A stretch of DNA of 41,603 nt from Chloroflexota bacterium (GTDB lineage Bacteria > Chloroflexota > Limnocylindria > QHBO01). Where the stretch lies: assembly GCA_005879775.1 (NCBI GenBank), contig VBJX01000001.1, positions 12,671-54,273 of the forward strand. The letters run 5' to 3'. This document shows, one piece after another, positions 27,373 to 37,368 of the stretch (position 1 is the first letter of the stretch; each line of letters begins with the position of its first letter). A program made the position numbers and the translations under genes. The notes under the pieces were generated by a model. The model saw only the letters and a list, made by a program, of their open reading frames with translations. It did no database searches and was not told the origin of the DNA.

Positions 27373-28524
27373 CTACATCGCCCGGATGCCGAGGAGGTTG
27401 CGGGCGATCACCAGGCGCTGGATCTGGCTGGTTCCCTCGCCGATCTCGGTGAGCTTCGCGTCGCGCAGGTAGCGCTCGACGTGGTACTCGGTGATGTACC
27501 CGTACCCGCCGTGGACCTGGATCGCGTCGTTGGTCACCTGCCGCGCCACCTCTGAGGCGAACAGCTTGGCCATCGCCGCCTCGGTGGTGTACGGCTGCCC
27601 CTGGTCCTTGAGCCACGCCGCGCGGTAGACGAGCAGGCGGGCCGCGTCGATCTGGGTCGCCATGTCGGCGATCATGAAGGCCACGCCCTGGAACGAGGCG
27701 ATCGGCCGCCCGAACTGCTGCCGCTCCTTGGCATAGGCCGATGCCGCCTCGTAGGCGGCCTGCGCCAGCCCGAGGGCCATGGCCCCGATCCCGATCCGGC
27801 CGCCGTCGAGGGTCTTCAGGAAGAGCCGGTCCCCCTCGCCCTCGGCGCCGAGCAGGTTGGCTGCGGGGATGCGGCAGTCATCGAAGAGGAGCTCCCCGGT
27901 ACGGCTGGCATGGAGCCCCATCTTCTCCTCCATCCGGCCGATCGAGAAGCCGGGGGCATCGGCCTCGACGATGAAGGCGCTGATGTGCCCGCTCTCCGCG
28001 TCGCGATCGGTGACGGCGGTGACGATGTAGACGCCGGCCACACCGGCGTTGGTGATGAAGCGCTTGCTGCCGTTGAGGATCCACTCGTCGCCCTCGCGCC
28101 GGGCATGGGTGCGCGTCCCGCGTGAGTCGGATCCCGCCTCGGCCTCGGTGAGCCCGTACGCCCCGAGCCTGGCCCCGCTGGCCAGCGGCCGAAGGAAGTG
28201 TTCCTTCTGCTCATCGGTGCCGGCCAGGTAGAGCGGGTTGCACCCAAGGCTGGTGTGCGCGCTGACGATGATCCCCATGCTTCCCGAGGCGCGCGACAGC
28301 TCCTCGATCGTGATCGCGTACGCCAGCGAGTCGAGCCCGGTGCCGCCCACCTCCTCCGGGTACGGCACGCCCAGCAGGCCGAGCTCGGCAGCCCGCCGCA
28401 CGAGGTCGTGTGGGAACTCGCCGCTGCGCTCCATCTCATCGGCGACCGGCATGATCTCGCGCTCGGCGAAGGTGCGGACGGTGCGCCGGATCTCTTCGTG
28501 CTGCGGGGAGAGGCCGAAGTCCAT
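27373..28524 (-). CDS. Acyl-CoA dehydrogenase (short/branched-chain type)
   Basis: GLTEAEAGSD, NGSKRFITN, KMG, LDGGRIGI, RQQFG, QVHGGYGY and IGEGTSQIQR. Confidence 0.93.
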   Translation of the reverse strand: MDFGLSPQHEEIRRTVRTFAEREIMPVADEMERSGEFPHDLVRRAAELGLLGVPYPEEVGGTGLDSLAYAITIEELSRASGSMGIIVSAHTSLGCNPLYLAGTDEQKEHFLRPLASGARLGAYGLTEAEAGSDSRGTRTHARREGDEWILNGSKRFITNAGVAGVYIVTAVTDRDAESGHISAFIVEADAPGFSIGRMEEKMGLHASRTGELLFDDCRIPAANLLGAEGEGDRLFLKTLDGGRIGIGAMALGLAQAAYEAASAYAKERQQFGRPIASFQGVAFMIADMATQIDAARLLVYRAAWLKDQGQPYTTEAAMAKLFASEVARQVTNDAIQVHGGYGYITEYHVERYLRDAKLTEIGEGTSQIQRLVIARNLLGIRAM

Positions 28525-28588
28525 CGGTCTGTTCGAAACCCTCGTGGAAACGGTGGGCGAGCGGGTGCGAGTCTAGCAGTCCCCTTCG

Positions 28589-28619
28589 TTGACACCGGCT
28601 CGCCGCACGGTCCTATACT
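28589..28619 (+). promoter_or_regulatory. Promoter of the second pot operon
   Basis: TTGACA (28589-28594), 19-nt spacer, TATACT (28614-28619). Confidence 0.6.
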
Positions 28620-28680
28620 CGCGCCCTAGATCGGCGCGGAGGCCCTGCTGCTGGGACTCCCGCTCGCACGAGGAATCGGC

Positions 28681-29835
28681 GTGCCGCCCCAGATCGACGT
28701 CCGGCTCGACCGGGTCACGAAGCGGTTCCACGAAGTCGTCGCGGTCGACGATCTGTCGCTGGAAATTCAACGTGGCGAGTTCTTCTCAATGCTCGGCCCG
28801 TCCGGCTGCGGCAAGACCACGACCCTGCGCATGATCGGTGGCTTCGAGGAGCCAAGCGAGGGAGCGATCTACCTGGGCGAGACCGATGTGACGGGCCTGC
28901 CGCCCTTCAAGCGCGACGTCAACACGGTCTTCCAGAACTACGCTCTCTTCCCGCACCTGACCGTCTTCGAGAACGTTGCCTTCGGCCTGCGGCGCCGCAA
29001 GGTGGCGACCGACCAGATCGCCTCCGAGGTGACCGCCATGCTCGAGCTGGTGGAGCTGCCCGGCTACGAAGCCCGGAAACCGTCGCAGCTCTCAGGCGGC
29101 CAGCAGCAGCGCGTGGCGCTGGCGCGGGCTCTCATCAATCACCCGCGGGTGCTGCTCCTCGACGAGCCGCTCGGCGCACTCGACCTGAAGTTGCGCAAGC
29201 AGATGCAGCTGGAGCTCAAGCGGATCCAGACCGAGGTGGGGATCACCTTCATCTACGTGACCCACGACCAGGAAGAGGCGATGACCATGTCCGACCGGAT
29301 CGCGGTGATGCGCGCCGGCCGGATCGAGCAGCTCGGCAACCCAGAGGAGCTCTACGAGCGGCCGACCACGCCGTTCGTGGCCGGCTTCCTGGGCGTCTCG
29401 AACCTGCTGGAGGGCGAGGTCGCCGGGCACGACGGGGCCCTGGTCAGCATCCGGCTGCGCGATGGCACCGTGCTCCGCGCCCCGGCCGACGGGGTGGCGG
29501 CCAGCGGCCCGGTCCGCGTGGGCGTTCGCCCTGAAAAGCTGCGGGTGGAGGCCGGCGAGGCAGGTCCCTCGGACGGCCTCAACGCCCTGGCCGGCGTCGT
29601 CCTCGACGCCAGCTACATCGGGGTCAGCACCCAGTACGTGATCCAGACAGCCGATGGCCATCGGCTGACGGTCTATGCGCAGAACCTGGACACCGCCGGC
29701 GCCTCCGAGGCGATGGCCGGTGGCCAGCGCGTCCACCTCACCTGGAAGCCACAGCACACCTTCGTCATCAGCGGGCCCGCTGAGCATGTCGCGGGTGACC
29801 CGCACCTACCAGAGGAAGGAGAGACCGATGTCTGA
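28681..29835 (+). CDS. potA: Polyamine ABC transporter ATP-binding protein (PotA-like)
   Basis: [31 protein letters not shown] and a TOBE region. Confidence 0.92.
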   Translation: MPPQIDVRLDRVTKRFHEVVAVDDLSLEIQRGEFFSMLGPSGCGKTTTLRMIGGFEEPSEGAIYLGETDVTGLPPFKRDVNTVFQNYALFPHLTVFENVAFGLRRRKVATDQIASEVTAMLELVELPGYEARKPSQLSGGQQQRVALARALINHPRVLLLDEPLGALDLKLRKQMQLELKRIQTEVGITFIYVTHDQEEAMTMSDRIAVMRAGRIEQLGNPEELYERPTTPFVAGFLGVSNLLEGEVAGHDGALVSIRLRDGTVLRAPADGVAASGPVRVGVRPEKLRVEAGEAGPSDGLNALAGVVLDASYIGVSTQYVIQTADGHRLTVYAQNLDTAGASEAMAGGQRVHLTWKPQHTFVISGPAEHVAGDPHLPEEGETDV

Positions 29836-31075
29836 CCCGGAGCGCAGCCAGATCGAGCTTGCCATCGACCAGGTGTTTCGGCGCGAGCTGATCTCCCGCC
29901 GCACCCTCCTGCGGCGCGGCGCGAAGGGTGGCCTGGCGGTCGGAGCGATGCTAACCCTGCCCTCGCTGCTGGCAGCCTGCGCTCCGGCCAAGACCCAGCT
30001 GGAGTGGGCCAACTGGCCGCTCTACATCGACATCGACGAGACCGCCGCTCCCGACCCGACGAAGTACCCGACCCTGAATGCCTTCATCAAGCAGACCGGC
30101 ATCAAGGTCCACTACGTCGAGTCGATCAACGACAACGAGGAGTTCTACGGAACCATCCGGCCCGACCTGGCGGCCGGCAACCCGACCGACTGGGACGTCA
30201 TCAGCCCCACCTCCTGGATGGTCAAGAAGATGGCCGACCTGGGCTACCTGGAGGAGATCGACCACTCCAAGCTGCCCCTTTGGACCGCGAACTGCGCCGA
30301 CTACGCAAAGGGCCTCTGGTTCGATGCCGACAACAAATACAGCGTCTGGTGGCAGGGCGGGATCACCGGCCTCGGCTACGACCCGAACCTGACCGGGCGC
30401 GAGATCACCTCGTTCGATGACCTGTTCGATCCGAAGTTCAAGGGCCGGGTCGGTGGCTTCAGCGACATGCGCGACATGATGACGCTGACCCTGGCCACGC
30501 TCGGCATCAACCCCACGACTGCCACGGTCGCCGACGCGGGCAAGGCGCGCGACAAGCTGCTGGCCGCAGCACAGGCCGGCCAGTTCCGCGGCTTCTACGG
30601 CAACGAGTACTACGACTCGCTGGCCGCAGGGGACCTGGTCGCATCTGTCGCCTGGTCGGGCGACATCACCCAGATGCAGCTGAACGACAACGACAAGGTC
30701 CAGTTCGTGGTCCCCAAGGATGGAGCCCCGCGCTGGAACGACAACCTGTGCATTCCCAAGAAGGCGGCCTGGGTCGACCAGGCCCACAAGCTGTTCAACT
30801 ACTGGTACGACCCGGTGGCCGCCACCACCCTTTCCGAGTACATCGGCTACTTCACCCCGGTGAAGGGGGTTTCGGAGCGGATCAAGGCCGATGCCGACAG
30901 CTATCGCGCCAATGGCGACACCGAAGACGCCGACTACTACGACGCCGTGGCGCCGACGGTCGCCCCTACCGCGGACGACCTGGCCAAGACATTCGACTAC
31001 CCGACGCTGGAGAACCCCGCCGACGAGAAGGCCTGGAACGACATGTTCAACGAGGTCGTCACCGCCCAGGGATGA
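29828..31075 (+). CDS. potD: Polyamine ABC substrate-binding protein (PotD/PotF-like), Tat lipoprotein
   Basis: ISRRTLL twin-Arg signal, LLAAC lipobox, NWPLYID, AWSGD and WNDNLCIP. Confidence 0.88.
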   Translation: MSDPERSQIELAIDQVFRRELISRRTLLRRGAKGGLAVGAMLTLPSLLAACAPAKTQLEWANWPLYIDIDETAAPDPTKYPTLNAFIKQTGIKVHYVESINDNEEFYGTIRPDLAAGNPTDWDVISPTSWMVKKMADLGYLEEIDHSKLPLWTANCADYAKGLWFDADNKYSVWWQGGITGLGYDPNLTGREITSFDDLFDPKFKGRVGGFSDMRDMMTLTLATLGINPTTATVADAGKARDKLLAAAQAGQFRGFYGNEYYDSLAAGDLVASVAWSGDITQMQLNDNDKVQFVVPKDGAPRWNDNLCIPKKAAWVDQAHKLFNYWYDPVAATTLSEYIGYFTPVKGVSERIKADADSYRANGDTEDADYYDAVAPTVAPTADDLAKTFDYPTLENPADEKAWNDMFNEVVTAQG

Positions 31076-31115
31076 GGGATCTCGCCTGGCCAGCCCGGCG
31101 GTAGGGAGGGGCGCA

Positions 31116-31973
31116 ATGCCCCGTACGCGGCGTCGCCTGACGCCCTACCTCCTGCTGCTGCCCGGGACCGCCTGGCTGGTGCTCTTCTTCGCGGTGCCAA
31201 TGGGCTACATGCTCGTCATGTCGCTTCAGCAGGGCTCGCTGAGCGAGGGCTACCACCTCACCTGGAACTGGGGCATCTATCCCGACATCGCGGTCAAATA
31301 CGGCAACCTGTTCCTGCGCTCGGTGAGCTTCGCCCTGGCCACCACCGTGCTCACTCTGGCCATCGGCTATCCGATGGCCTACACCATTGCCTTCTATGGC
31401 GGACGGCTGAAGAACGCGCTCCTGCTGGTGGTGATCATGCCGTTCTTCGTCAGCTTCGTGATTCGCACCCTCAACTGGCGGATGGTCCTCTCGGACAATG
31501 GGCTGGTGTTCGGCACGTTGAAGGATGCCGGGCTGCTGGACCAGTCGTTCCGCTTCCTGGCGACGCCGGCATCGGTCATCTTCGGGCTCACCTACAACTT
31601 CCTGCCGTTCATGGTGCTGCCGCTCTTCGTGGCCCTGGAGAAGATCGACCGCCGCATGATCGAGGCCGCCGCGGACCTCTATGCCAGCCGCGCGCAGGCC
31701 TTCTGGCGGATCACCTTCCAGCTCTCGCTCCCCGGGGTGGTGGCCGGCTCGCTCCTGACCTTCATTCCTGCGGTGGGCGACTTCATCAATGCCGACATCA
31801 TCGGGGCGCGGAGTCCGGACGTGGCGATGATCGGCAACGTGATCCAGCGCCTCTTCCTCAACTCGAATGACTTCCCCGCCGCAGCGGCGCTGGGGTTCGT
31901 GCTGGTCGCCGGGACGATGCTCCTGGTGGGCGTCTACACCCGCATCGTCGGCACGGATCGGCTGACCAGCTGA
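31116..31973 (+). CDS. potB: Polyamine ABC permease (PotB-like)
   Basis: PFFVSFVIRT, YNFLPFMVLP and IEAAADLYA. Confidence 0.88.
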   Translation: MPRTRRRLTPYLLLLPGTAWLVLFFAVPMGYMLVMSLQQGSLSEGYHLTWNWGIYPDIAVKYGNLFLRSVSFALATTVLTLAIGYPMAYTIAFYGGRLKNALLLVVIMPFFVSFVIRTLNWRMVLSDNGLVFGTLKDAGLLDQSFRFLATPASVIFGLTYNFLPFMVLPLFVALEKIDRRMIEAAADLYASRAQAFWRITFQLSLPGVVAGSLLTFIPAVGDFINADIIGARSPDVAMIGNVIQRLFLNSNDFPAAAALGFVLVAGTMLLVGVYTRIVGTDRLTS

Positions 31974-32812
31974 TGGGCAGCTCGCTGGGCGGGTCGCGCC
32001 TCCTGCGCTGGCTGCTGCCAGCGTTCACCGGGCTGGTGGTCGCGTTCCTCTTCGCGCCCATCGTGGTGATGATCATCTTCAGCTTCAACAACCCGCGCGG
32101 CCATCAGAACATCACCTGGCAGGGATTCACCCTGGACAACTACCTGAACGTCTGGAGCCGCCCGGACATCACCGACCCGATGGTCACCAGCCTCACGATC
32201 GCCATCGTCTCGACGGTGGTGGCGACCATCTTCGGCACCCTCATCGCCCTCTCGCTGACCCGCTACGAGTTCCGCGGGCGGGGGCTCATGAACCTGCTCA
32301 TCTTCATCCCCATGACCGCCCCGGAGATCATCCTGGGCGCCTCGCTCCTGACCCTGTGGGTGGCGCTGGGGACCGGGCGCGGGCTGCCGACCATCCTGGT
32401 GGCCCACATCATGTTCAACATCAGCTACGTTGTCGTCACCGTGCGGGCCCGATTGATCGGCTTCAATCGGTCCCTCGAGGAGGCCGGCATGGACCTGTAT
32501 GCCAACGAGCGGACCACCTTCTGGAGGGTCACCTTCCCGCTCATCTTCCCCGGCATTCTGGCCGCGGCCCTGCTCGCCTTCGCGCTGTCGATCGACGACT
32601 ACGTGATCACCCTGTTCAGCGCCGGCCACACGGTGACCTTCCCGCTGTGGGTCTACGGCGCCAGCCGGATCGGGATCCCACCCGAGGTAAACGCACTCGG
32701 GACGGTCTTCTTCCTGATCGCCTTCGTCTTCATCGCCGTCCAGATCTGGGCGCAGCGCCGGGGAGGCCGCGAGGCTGAGGGCCCGGCTGTGGCAACGGTC
32801 GCCAGCCGATGA
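31973..32812 (+). CDS. potC: Polyamine ABC permease (PotC-like)
   Basis: FSFN, LEEAGMDLYA and FALSIDDY. Confidence 0.88.
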   Translation: MGSSLGGSRLLRWLLPAFTGLVVAFLFAPIVVMIIFSFNNPRGHQNITWQGFTLDNYLNVWSRPDITDPMVTSLTIAIVSTVVATIFGTLIALSLTRYEFRGRGLMNLLIFIPMTAPEIILGASLLTLWVALGTGRGLPTILVAHIMFNISYVVVTVRARLIGFNRSLEEAGMDLYANERTTFWRVTFPLIFPGILAAALLAFALSIDDYVITLFSAGHTVTFPLWVYGASRIGIPPEVNALGTVFFLIAFVFIAVQIWAQRRGGREAEGPAVATVASR

Positions 32813-34105
32813 GCGAGCGTACCTCCGGACTGACTGCCGGCCCGCTGCTCGACGAGCGCGCTGACGACAGCGCGGTGTGGCTTGCCCGCCGGGCAGGGGT
32901 GCCCGCCGTCTGGTCGCGCTACACCGATCTGGTGGTCGAGCGCGGCTTCGGCTCGTGGATCGAGACGATCGATGGGGAGCGGTACCTGGACTACACCTGC
33001 GGCATCGCGGTCACCAACACCGGCCACGCCCATCCGCGGGTCGCCACGGCCATCGCGGAGCAGGCGGCGAAGATCATCCACGCCCAGCAGAACATCCTCT
33101 ACCACAAGCCTGGGCTGGAGCTCCACGAGCGGCTGCCCCGCACCTTCCCCGGGCTGGCCGGGGGTGCGACGGCCGCGCTCTTCCTTTCGAACTCCGGAGC
33201 GGAGGCGATCGAGGCGGCCGTCAAGCTGGCCAAGTACGCCACCCGCCGGCCGGGGATCATCGGCTTCCGCGGGGGGTTCCACGGTCGCACCCACGGCGCG
33301 ATGGCCCTCACCAGCTCAGGGATCAAGTATCGCGGCCACTACGAGCCGCTCCTCGGCGGGATCCACTTCGCCCCGTACCCGTACGTCCTGCGCAACCCGA
33401 CCGGACAGACCGACGAGGCTGCCCTGGCCTTCAGCCTGGCGGGGATCGAGGAGATCTTCGCCACCCTCATCTACCCCGATGACGTAGCCGCATTCCTGGT
33501 GGAGCCGATCCTGGGCGAGGGCGGCTACGTGGTCCCACCCGATGGCTTCCTCCCCGCCCTGCGCGAGATCGCCGATCGCCACGGGATCCTGCTCGTCGCC
33601 GACGAGGTGCAGACCCCTGGTCATGGCCAAGGGGATCGCATCGGGGATGCCCCTCTCCGGGATCATGGCTTCGCCCGAGCTCCTGGCTCGATTCGGTCCC
33701 GGGGCGCACGGCGGCACCTACGGCGGCAACGCGGTCGCGTGCGCGGCTGCGGTCGCCACGCTCGACGTCTTCGAGTCGGAGGGCCTCGTCGAGAATTCCC
33801 GCCGCCAGGGTGAGCGACTCATGGCCGGACTGCGCGAGGCGGCGGCAGGCCATCCTCTCGTCGCCGAGGTGCGCGGACGCGGCCTGATGATCGGGCTCGA
33901 GTTCGCCGAAGGCCCTGACCTCAAGCCTCGCCCGGACCTGGCCAAGGCACTCCTCCACGAGGCCTTCGAGCGGAAACTCCTGCTCCTGACCTGCGGGACC
34001 TATGGCCACGTCGTGCGCGTCATCCCGCCGCTGGTGACGACCGATGACGAAGTCGACCTCGCCATGCGGACAATCGGTGACTCACTCGAGGCGATCGGCG
34101 CCTAG
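32809..34105 (+). pseudogene. Class III PLP aminotransferase (GabT/PuuE-like) split by an internal deletion/frameshift at about 33616
   Basis: NSGAEAIE, FHGRT, EPILGEGG and DEVQT are in one frame; LVMAKGIASGMPL and HGGTYGGN are in another; the usual GFGRTG...PDI segment is absent. Confidence 0.8.
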
Positions 34106-34324
34106 GGTCGCATTCCAAGACGCACGGTTGCACGTCCAGCCAATAACAGCGAGGCAGCGTGGCCAAATCGGTCTTTTGAGCCGCAATCGCCGCTGATCGG
34201 CTTTCTGGCTGGTCTGTCTTTGCAGCCGAAGCAAACCACCGGGAGGAAGGAGCCGCTGCTTCGCGGTTAGTTGCTCTAGCCGCAAAACGGGAAGCCGCTA
34301 CGCCGAGACTGAGCCGAAGGTCGT

Positions 34325-34876
34325 TCAGCCACCCTCCCGGGCCAGGCGCCGGTACTGCGAGCCGAACCAGAGGAGCGGGTCTCCAGCCTCGTCGTAGCCG
34401 GCGGCCACGATCTCCCCGATGAAGATCACGTGGTCCCCGCCGGGGTGGGTCTCCGTGATCCGGCAGTCGAAGAAGGCGATCGCGCCGTCCAGGATCGGTG
34501 ACCCGGTCTCCGCCTCGTGCCACGGCGCATCGCAGAAGCGCTGCAGCTTGGCCGCGCTGGTCGGTTGGGCGAAACACTCGGCCAGGGCCTGCTGCTCCCC
34601 GGCCAGGACGCTGATCGCGAAGGAGTGGCTGCCAACGATCGCCTTGTGCGTCTCGCTCGACTCGTTGATGGCCACCAGGAGGAGCGGCGGGTCGATGCTC
34701 ACGGAGGCGACCGCGTTGGCGGTCATCCCGGCCAGGAGCGGCCCGTATCGGGCGGCGACGACCGTCACCCCGGTGGCGAAGCGGGCCATCATCGCCCGCA
34801 GCCAGCGGCGCTGCTCGTCGGTCATGGGGGCCACGCTGCCTCCGGCCGGCGCGCGCTCGATCCGCTCAGTCGTCAT
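34325..34876 (-). CDS. Flavin reductase family protein
   Basis: FATGVTVV, GMTANAVASVSIDPP and GGDHVIFIGE. Confidence 0.92.
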   Translation of the reverse strand: MTTERIERAPAGGSVAPMTDEQRRWLRAMMARFATGVTVVAARYGPLLAGMTANAVASVSIDPPLLLVAINESSETHKAIVGSHSFAISVLAGEQQALAECFAQPTSAAKLQRFCDAPWHEAETGSPILDGAIAFFDCRITETHPGGDHVIFIGEIVAAGYDEAGDPLLWFGSQYRRLAREGG

Positions 34877-34885
34877 GCAGCCCAA

Positions 34886-35200
34886 TCATCGGTAGCGCTC
34901 GAGCTTCTCGATGATGGCGTTGGCGGTCGCCCACTCCTCCGCGCTCGGCTCGTCGCCGCGCCGCAGGTGGATGAGGGGCACGGCGTTCCACGATGGTCCG
35001 TCCTCGCGCGGGATGTGCACCCCCAGGTCGCCCCGGTCGAGCGCGGCCACAATCGTCGCGCCCCGCTCTCCCCCACGCGCCAGTGACCGATCGAGCGAGT
35101 GCGCGAACTCCTCCACCGAGCCGAACTCGCGGCTGATGCGCATCGTGATCAGCCCGGCGGCCGGCGGCAGGAGACGCTCCTGCTCGTCCTCTACTGCCAC
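34886..35200 (-). CDS. Hypothetical protein (104 aa)
   Basis: Sits between co-directional genes, overlapping the upstream stop; coding-like codon usage. Confidence 0.7.
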   Translation of the reverse strand: MAVEDEQERLLPPAAGLITMRISREFGSVEEFAHSLDRSLARGGERGATIVAALDRGDLGVHIPREDGPSWNAVPLIHLRRGDEPSAEEWATANAIIEKLERYR

Positions 35201-35568
35201 CCGAGGCCCCCAAAGAGCCAGCCGAAGAAGGTGAGGCTGCCCAGCACGGCAAAGCCAACCAGCGCGATCAGCAGGATGAAGCCGATGGCGCTGGCCCAGG
35301 CCGGCACGGCCGCCTGGGGCGGCCCGATCGAGCCCTGCGTCAGCCAGATCGCGAGCGCGTCACCGTCGATCCGCAGCTCCACGTCGTCATCCAGCGGGAC
35401 CACGACCAGCCGCTCCCGCTCGCCGCTTCCCTTCTCACCGGTGAGCAGGGCACGTGACGCCTCCTCCTGGCGCACCAGGACGGCGTGGTTCCCTACCGCG
35501 TTGGTGAGCGGCAGCGCCTTGAGGCGGCCAGTCACCCCGATCGGGATGGGAGCCCGCTCGTCGTCCAC
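35191..35568 (-). CDS. Hypothetical protein with C-terminal TM anchor
   Basis: TGnTATTCT -10 6 nt before the GTG; hydrophobic C-terminal helix. Confidence 0.65.
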   Translation of the reverse strand: MDDERAPIPIGVTGRLKALPLTNAVGNHAVLVRQEEASRALLTGEKGSGERERLVVVPLDDDVELRIDGDALAIWLTQGSIGPPQAAVPAWASAIGFILLIALVGFAVLGSLTFFGWLFGGLGWQ

Positions 35569-35587
35569 GAACCGAGAATAACAGCCG

Positions 35588-36502
35588 TCAGGCGTCGAGC
35601 AGCGCGAGCGCGGGCTCCAGGGCGGCGATCGTGTCGACGGTGATCGGGTCCAGGACGAGCTGCACGTGAGACACGCCCTCGGCCGCGAAGGCCCGCAGCG
35701 CAGCGGCCAGGATGGCCGGCTCGCCGGAGATCGGATCGGCCTCGGCCTCGGCCAAATCGCCGAGCTGTCGACCCTGGGCGCCGGGGAAGGAGACGAACAG
35801 GGCAAGGGTGCGCGCCACCTTCGCGGGGTCCCGGCCGGCTGCCCTGCAGGCGACGTCCACCTTCTCGCGCAGCGGCCGATACCCGTCAGCCGTGTTGCCG
35901 AACCAGGTGAACCAGGCATTCCAGGCATCCACGTGGGGCAGGGTGATCGACAGCATCCGCTCCCCCTCCGAGCCGACCAGCAGCGGCGGACCAGCGGGAC
36001 GCGGCCCGCGGGGGACGAGCTCGCAGTCAGCCAGGTCGAAGAAGGTCCCGTGGAAGTCGCAGCGACCCTCGCGCAGGAGCGTGCGGATGATGGTGAACGC
36101 CTCTTCGAAACGGCTCACCCGCCGGTCGAAGGGGAAGCCGAAGGCCCGGTACTCGACCTCGTTCCAACCCGCCCCCAGCCCCAGCACCAGGCGCCCGCCA
36201 CTGATCTCGTCGAGGGTGGCAGCCTGCTTGGCGATCATCGCCGGGTTGTGGAAGCTCGTCGAAGCCACCAATGGCCCGATCTCCACCTGCTGCGTTACGG
36301 CAGCCAGCGCCGCGAGCGTCGTCCACGCCTCCCACGGGCCTCGCGCCGGTTGGCCGTCGCCACGGTAGAGGAGGTGGTCGCCGACCCAGACCGAATCCAG
36401 CCCGATGCCCTCGGCGGTCTCGGCCATCCAGCGCAGCTCAGGCCACCGCACCACCCGCTCGACCTCGGGGAGCTGGACGCCCACCTTCAGGGGCCGCGCC
36501 AC
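35588..36502 (-). CDS. LLM-class (luciferase-like, possibly F420-dependent) oxidoreductase
   Basis: DSVWVGDHLL, EAWTTLAALAA and TLDEISGGRLVLGLGAGWNEVEY. Confidence 0.9.
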   Translation of the reverse strand: MARPLKVGVQLPEVERVVRWPELRWMAETAEGIGLDSVWVGDHLLYRGDGQPARGPWEAWTTLAALAAVTQQVEIGPLVASTSFHNPAMIAKQAATLDEISGGRLVLGLGAGWNEVEYRAFGFPFDRRVSRFEEAFTIIRTLLREGRCDFHGTFFDLADCELVPRGPRPAGPPLLVGSEGERMLSITLPHVDAWNAWFTWFGNTADGYRPLREKVDVACRAAGRDPAKVARTLALFVSFPGAQGRQLGDLAEAEADPISGEPAILAAALRAFAAEGVSHVQLVLDPITVDTIAALEPALALLDA

Positions 36503-36504
36503 CC

Positions 36505-37368
36505 CTACAGGTCTCTCCGCTCGAGGCTGAAGATCGCCAGCCCGATGGCCCCGAGGTTCCAGGCCAGCGCCCAGGCGAGGTAGATGAGGGGCGGCGGCGC
36601 CGGCGCGAAGAATGGGAACGCCGCCAGTCCCGGACCGGCCCGCGCACCGGCGGCCAGCACCGCGCCAGGCTCGAGGCTGTAGAGCGCGCCGCGCCACAGG
36701 CCATCGCTCGGAATGACGAGGCGCCCGATGGTGCCCGCCATGGCGGTCGCCGGATCCCCCAGCGCGGTGCCGATGCCGCCCACCACTCCGGCCAGCCAGG
36801 CAAGACCGAACAACAGCATCGCGACGATCCCGGTGGTGACGGGCGCCAGCCGCGTGCTGAGCAAGAGTGTCAATCCCAGCAAGGTGAGACCCATGGTGGC
36901 CAGGTAGAGCGCCGCCTCGAGCGGATGCGGCGGCCGATAGCCGGTCGTCAGCTGCGCCACCGCCAGCTCGAGGGTCGTCGCCAACCCGGCATAGACCACG
37001 ATCACCAGGCCCAGGCCCAGCCACTTCCCGAGGAGCACGTCTCGGCGCCGCACGGGTCGTGCCAGCACGGCCAGGGCCTCGCCGCTCTCCAGCTCCCCGG
37101 CGACGGATGGCGCCGCGGCGAAGACCGCCGACAGGGCGAGCACGAAGCTGAACATGAACATGACCAGGATCAGCAGCTGCGACGCGATCAGCTGGATCTC
37201 CGCCGGCTTCAGCGCACCGTTGCGGCTCGCCGGCAGGTTCCCGAGCTGGCTGTAGCCCCAGGCGGTGAGCGCCACGGCCACCACCGAGAGGCCGAAGAGG
37301 GCCAGCAGCAGCCGGCGTCGGAGCCCCTCGCGCAGCGTCACCTGCATCACGATCCAGGCGGTCCTCAC
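36505..37368 (-). CDS. ABC transporter permease (ABC2_membrane_2/NosY-like)
   Basis: TLREGLRRR, ELESG..LARPVRR..VLLGKWLG, C-terminal RRDL. Confidence 0.85.
   Translation of the reverse strand: MRTAWIVMQVTLREGLRRRLLLALFGLSVVAVALTAWGYSQLGNLPASRNGALKPAEIQLIASQLLILVMFMFSFVLALSAVFAAAPSVAGELESGEALAVLARPVRRRDVLLGKWLGLGLVIVVYAGLATTLELAVAQLTTGYRPPHPLEAALYLATMGLTLLGLTLLLSTRLAPVTTGIVAMLLFGLAWLAGVVGGIGTALGDPATAMAGTIGRLVIPSDGLWRGALYSLEPGAVLAAGARAGPGLAAFPFFAPAPPPLIYLAWALAWNLGAIGLAIFSLERRDL

Noticed and set aside
34228..34290. c-di-GMP-I riboswitch (GCAAACC...GCAAA)
   Set aside because: Stem spacing and the GNRA tetraloop do not fit, and the site lies between convergent gene ends
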